Of a stretch of DNA of 19,550 bases, positions 15,783-19,550 are shown one piece after another; the stretch's first letter is position 1; each line of letters opens with the position of its first letter. This DNA comes from Candidatus Eiseniibacteriota bacterium (lineage in GTDB: Bacteria; Eisenbacteria; RBG-16-71-46; JABDJR01; JAWXBZ01). The stretch covers positions 1 through 19,550 of the forward strand of contig JAWXBZ010000245.1 in NCBI GenBank assembly GCA_034440375.1. Direction: 5' to 3'. The position numbers were made by a program, and so were the translations under genes. Under the pieces are notes generated by a model. The model was not told the DNA's origin, did no database searches, and saw nothing but the letters and a program-made list of their open reading frames with translations.

Positions 15783-17666
15783 TCAGTTGCCATCAAGGGC
15801 TGGAATACAGATGGTGAACGTCGTGCCGAGGCCAGGCTCCGACTCCACATCAATCCGGCCACCATGCATCTCCACCGACTGTTGCACCAACGCCAGACCG
15901 ACACCGCTCCCCTCCTTACGCGTCGTGAAGTAGAGATCAAAGGCCTTCTCACGCACCTCGACCGGCATACCATGACCATAATCCGTGATCTTGATGCACA
16001 CCAGCCCTTTACCGGGCGTGGCAGAGAGCTTAATTGGTGCCGCCCCGGCGGGTGAAGCCTGGATCGCGTTGCGGAGCAGGTTCAGGAAGGCCTGCCTCAG
16101 GACTTCCTCATCACCGTACAGAGTGGGCATGGCCGGCGCCACCTCCACGTCGAAATCGACACCGGCCATACGTGCCTCGGGCTGAACAAGTTCCACCAGG
16201 CTCCCAAGGAACTGTTCCACATCGATGCGCGAGAGCGCCAGCTCCTTGAGGCGTGCCAGCCGCAAGAAACCGGACACGACCCTTTCCAGTCGCGCAATTT
16301 CAGCCTGCACGAGTTCCAGATGATGGCGCCCACCGTCGGTGCCGTTTGCCGCCGGTAGCTTGTCCTTGAGCAGCCGGAGATGAATGTTCATGGCGTTCAG
16401 GGGATTACGCACCTCATGTGCCACCCCCGCGGCCATCCGGCCGAGCTGCGAGAGAACGCGGGCATGATCGATCATTTCGCGAATACGCTGGAGGCGACCA
16501 TAATCGCTCAGCGTAATCATCGCCCCTTCGCGACCGTGTCCGTCGCCCGCCACCTGGCAGGTGGTCAGGAGTACCCGGGGGCCCGATGGTGTGGCAAACT
16601 CGAGTGGTACGGCTTCCACCCGCGCCTCGCCGGCAAAAGCCGAGTTGACCGCTGCGAGGAGCGGACTCGTCGGCGGCAAGATCGATTCCAGTTTCCGGCC
16701 GACCAGTTCGCCGGCCCCGCCACTGAGAAGGTTGGTGGCCGGACGGTTGGCCATCAAGATGGCCCGATCGGCGTCAATCATGATCAGCCCGTCATCCACG
16801 GCATCCACCAGGCGGCGGAGCGTGTCCCCTTCATCCCGCTGGTGCAGGAGCTTTTTCCGCTCGCTGGCCATCAGCTCGGAGATGGCGTTTACCTGGCGGG
16901 CCAGCTGGCCGATGTCGTCGGAGTCATCGACATTCAAACGAGCCCCGAACTCACCACGCTTCAATCGATCAAGCCCGGCGCCGATCTGGCCAAGTGGGCG
17001 GAGCACGACAAGCCACGACACCGCGATGGCGAAAAGCATGGCCAGCAACACCTGGACACTCACCTTGAACAGGTGGGTCAGTATGACCTGCTGGAGTTCG
17101 GCACGCATGAGGCTGGGAGCCATCATGGCACGGACGGTGCCAAATCGACGGCCGTCCAACTCGAAGTCGACCATCACTTCGAACGGATCATTCACCTGCA
17201 TCAAGGACCATACCTGCGTCAGAAGTCCTATGCCGTGCGCCGTCACGAGCGCGGGGCCGGGTGGCATTGTTTGTCCGACCTGGCCCGGATTGGTCGAGCG
17301 GAGGATCACGTTGGCCGTGTCGGCCACCAGCACTTCGGTGATGCCGGGAACCAGCGCCCGGGCATCCTCCATCGTGCTGCCGATCCGTTCGTCACGGGCG
17401 ATGACCTCGCGCGGCGAGAACACCGGGGTGTCCTGCATGGCCTGACCCAGCTGCGAAATGACCAGGTAGCCCGCCAGCTGGCCTCGCTTGGTGGCGGCGT
17501 TCACCTCCAATCGCGTGATCGTGGCAATTTCCACGAGCGCTGAGCCGATGCCGACGAACAGGGCGAACATGGCAACGGCCAGGATGAGGGCCAACCGCAA
17601 TCCCGGCCTGAGAAAAATCGTTCGACGAAGGAAATCCGCCGTGCGTGGCCAGCGGTCCGTCGTCAC
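15783..17666 (-). CDS. Membrane sensor histidine kinase (TM, extracytoplasmic sensor, TM, HAMP, PAS, HisKA, HATPase)
   Basis: Two TM segments; HAMP (RPLGQI...DDIGQLARQVN); PAS (DGLIMIDADRAILMANR); H-box AHEVRNPL; NLLRNAIQA, DYGHGM, GSGVGL. The GTG start overlaps the regulator stop (GTGA). Confidence 0.96.
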   Translation of the reverse strand: MTTDRWPRTADFLRRTIFLRPGLRLALILAVAMFALFVGIGSALVEIATITRLEVNAATKRGQLAGYLVISQLGQAMQDTPVFSPREVIARDERIGSTMEDARALVPGITEVLVADTANVILRSTNPGQVGQTMPPGPALVTAHGIGLLTQVWSLMQVNDPFEVMVDFELDGRRFGTVRAMMAPSLMRAELQQVILTHLFKVSVQVLLAMLFAIAVSWLVVLRPLGQIGAGLDRLKRGEFGARLNVDDSDDIGQLARQVNAISELMASERKKLLHQRDEGDTLRRLVDAVDDGLIMIDADRAILMANRPATNLLSGGAGELVGRKLESILPPTSPLLAAVNSAFAGEARVEAVPLEFATPSGPRVLLTTCQVAGDGHGREGAMITLSDYGRLQRIREMIDHARVLSQLGRMAAGVAHEVRNPLNAMNIHLRLLKDKLPAANGTDGGRHHLELVQAEIARLERVVSGFLRLARLKELALSRIDVEQFLGSLVELVQPEARMAGVDFDVEVAPAMPTLYGDEEVLRQAFLNLLRNAIQASPAGAAPIKLSATPGKGLVCIKITDYGHGMPVEVREKAFDLYFTTRKEGSGVGLALVQQSVEMHGGRIDVESEPGLGTTFTICIPALDGN

Positions 17667-19168
17667 AAATCTGACCGGCTGTACAATTTCAATTTGTTAT
17701 GAAGCGTCTTGGTACTGATTCCGAGAATCTCGGCGGCTCGCGTCTTGTTCTGGTTGGTGGACCTGAGTGTTTCGACGATCAGCAGTTGCTCGGCCGCAAG
17801 AACGGTGGTTCCCACCGGCACGAAGACATCGCCGGTAGCCGCCGCCTGCGCGTTGCGGCGCGTCGAGTCCGTCATCAGCACGGGATCGCGGCCCGAGCCG
17901 ATCGGGGCAGGGGCTACGTGCTTTTCCCCGTCGTCGGCCACGGTGCTGGTTCGGAGCACCGAGGAATTCTCGCTGACAAATGGAAGGCGCGCGGTGGAGG
18001 CGGCAAAAACCGGCAGATCTTCCTCCTCGATGGCGTCGTGCCGCGTCACGATCACCGCCCGCTCGATGACGTTCCGGAGTTCACGCACATTGCCCGGCCA
18101 GTCATGCTGGCGCAGCCGGTCCATGGCCGGCCCGGTCACGCCGCTCAGGTTCTTGTCGTTGGCCCGACCATAGTCCTCGACGAAGCGCCGGGCCAGTAGA
18201 GCAATGTCTTCCGGCCTCTCACGCAATGGAGGCAGCGCCACGGTGAACACGTTGAGCCGGTAGAAGAGATCCTCGCGAAACCTTCCTTCGCGAAGGGCCT
18301 GCACGATGTTGATGTTCGTCGACGAGAGGACGCGTACGTCGACCGAGAGCTCCTGGCGCCCGCCCACCCGGCGGAGAGTTCGCTCCTCGAGTACCCGGAG
18401 GAGCTTGGCCTGGAGCTCGGGCGGCATCTCGCCAATCTCATCCAGGAGGAGCGTGCCACCATTTGCCAACTCGAAGCACCCGGCCCGGGCGCTGGTGGCA
18501 CCCGTGAAGGAACCCTTTTCGTGGCCGAGAATCTCGCTCTCCAGAAGTGTCTCGGGAATGGCCGCGCAGCTGACCGCAATGAACGGCTTGTCGCGCCGCA
18601 GACTCATGTCATGGATCGTCCGGGCGACGATTTCCTTTCCGGTGCCGCTCTCCCCGGTGATCAGGACGCTGGCCCGGCTTGGCGCGGCCTGCTGGATAAG
18701 GCGGTACACGGTACGCATGGCCGTTGAGCTGCCAACCAGCCGGCCGAACTGCCCCCGATCGGCCAGATCCCGGGTCAGCCGAACCAGTTCCACTCGATCG
18801 TGGACCCGTTCCAACGCCTTTTCGAGGACGATGCGGAGGCGGTCGAGATCCACCGGCTTGGTGAGATAATCGTAAGCCCCTTCACGCATGGCCTGGGTGG
18901 CGTTCTCGATGGTCCCGTGCCCGGTCAGGAGGATGAAGGCCACATGCGGCGAGTGCTCCCGGACCTGGGCCATCAACTCGAGGCCGGACGCGCCGGGCAT
19001 CATCAGGTCCGACAGGATGACCTGCGGCGTAAAGGTGTCGGCAAGTTCGAGGGCCAGCCGGGAATCGGCGGCGCTCCGGGCGTCATAACCCCATCCAGTC
19101 AGGAGTTCGCAAAGTCCATCCCGAATGGGGGCTTCATCATCGACGATCAGGATGCGGCTGGTTGCCAT
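17663..19168 (-). CDS. Sigma54-dependent response regulator (NtrC/AtoC family; REC, AAA+, Fis-HTH)
   Basis: ILIVDDE, SDLMMPG, GESGTGKE, GHEKGSFTGA, LLDEIGE, FREDLFYRLNV, WPGNVRELRN, NKTRAAEILGIS; SD GGAG upstream. Confidence 0.98.
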   Translation of the reverse strand: MATSRILIVDDEAPIRDGLCELLTGWGYDARSAADSRLALELADTFTPQVILSDLMMPGASGLELMAQVREHSPHVAFILLTGHGTIENATQAMREGAYDYLTKPVDLDRLRIVLEKALERVHDRVELVRLTRDLADRGQFGRLVGSSTAMRTVYRLIQQAAPSRASVLITGESGTGKEIVARTIHDMSLRRDKPFIAVSCAAIPETLLESEILGHEKGSFTGATSARAGCFELANGGTLLLDEIGEMPPELQAKLLRVLEERTLRRVGGRQELSVDVRVLSSTNINIVQALREGRFREDLFYRLNVFTVALPPLRERPEDIALLARRFVEDYGRANDKNLSGVTGPAMDRLRQHDWPGNVRELRNVIERAVIVTRHDAIEEEDLPVFAASTARLPFVSENSSVLRTSTVADDGEKHVAPAPIGSGRDPVLMTDSTRRNAQAAATGDVFVPVGTTVLAAEQLLIVETLRSTNQNKTRAAEILGISTKTLHNKLKLYSRSDL

Positions 19169-19415
19169 GGCGTTTACTCCAGGGGGTTCATTTCTTTTCC
19201 AGTCTTTTCCAAGAGATAAGCGTGATTGCGAAGGTCGTGCCGTATTCCACTGAAATCGTCCAACTTGTTACTTCATAAGCGACTGTGCAACTTCCAATCA
19301 CGGCTCACCCCGGCAAAAGGGAATTTATTACACACCCTTGAAGGTGCCGTCAATCGGAATAAAATTCTCGATCGCAAACAAGGCCTGATATGCAAGAAAA
19401 CCATATTACCGACCA

Positions 19416-19438
19416 AAGTTTCCCATGATGGGAAATTT
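19416..19438. promoter_or_regulatory. Palindromic enhancer (UAS) candidate TTTCCCAT-G-ATGGGAAA
   Basis: Perfect 8-1-8 inverted repeat at 19419-19435, extendable by AA/TT after one mismatch; centre is ~70 bp upstream of the sigma54 -24 element. Confidence 0.55.
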
Positions 19439-19466
19439 CATCAAAATGAGCGCGGGGCCGGACTCG

Positions 19467-19479
19467 TAAGTTGTTGAAA
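19467..19479 (-). promoter_or_regulatory. IHF-like binding site
   Basis: Minus strand TTTCAACAACTTA, one mismatch from WATCAANNNNTTR, located between the UAS candidate and the sigma54 promoter. Confidence 0.55.
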
Positions 19480-19496
19480 AATAGTCCGGAGTTAAC

Positions 19497-19512
19497 TGGC
19501 ACCGCTCTTGCT
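19497..19512 (+). promoter_or_regulatory. Sigma54 (-24/-12) promoter for a gene beyond the right edge
   Basis: TGGCAC-CGCTC-TTGCT matches TGGCAC-N5-TTGCW exactly; GGAG at 19547-19550 may be the SD of the next gene. Confidence 0.85.
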
Positions 19513-19550
19513 GAGTTCATCTGCGAAGACTGGGCTGGGTCGACTCGGAG

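Noticed and set aside
18497..18541. ESEILGHEKGSFTGA instead of ESELFGHEKGAFTGA in the activator
   Set aside because: GSFTGA is a common variant that keeps the key Phe and Thr, so it is not evidence of sigma54 independence.
685..19477. Many long alternative-frame ORFs (for example 10096..11379, 12555..13982, 14004..15338, 16380..17543, 7392..8510)
   Set aside because: They overlap well-supported genes, have Arg/Pro/Ser-rich shadow composition and no motifs, as expected in GC-rich DNA.

Overview
GC-rich bacterial chromosomal window with no mobile element, CRISPR array, rRNA or tRNA visible. Left to right: (1) a pirin gene broken by an internal deletion and frameshift; (2) an unannotated 57-aa basic ORF and a 1-Cys peroxiredoxin; (3) a radical SAM protein with an atypical CX10CX2C motif fused to an unknown ~117-aa N-terminal domain; (4) a small exported protein coupled to a secreted PA-domain zinc metallopeptidase with a C-terminal FlgD-Ig/T9SS-like domain; (5) a 403-nt hairpin-rich gap, then feoA-feoB and a FeoB-associated Cys-containing membrane protein; (6) a SWIM-SNF2 ATPase; (7) a GT-C (PMT/GT39-like) membrane glycosyltransferase divergent from a PNGase F-like secreted enzyme; (8) a sigma54 response regulator, sensor kinase and lipoprotein operon, divergent from a consensus sigma54 promoter with an IHF-like site and a palindromic enhancer candidate. 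The best candidates for undescribed biology are the small protein/peptidase pair, the rSAM fusion, the GT-C/PNGase divergon and the region upstream of feo. All family calls come from motif recognition by eye; no searches or folding programs were run.
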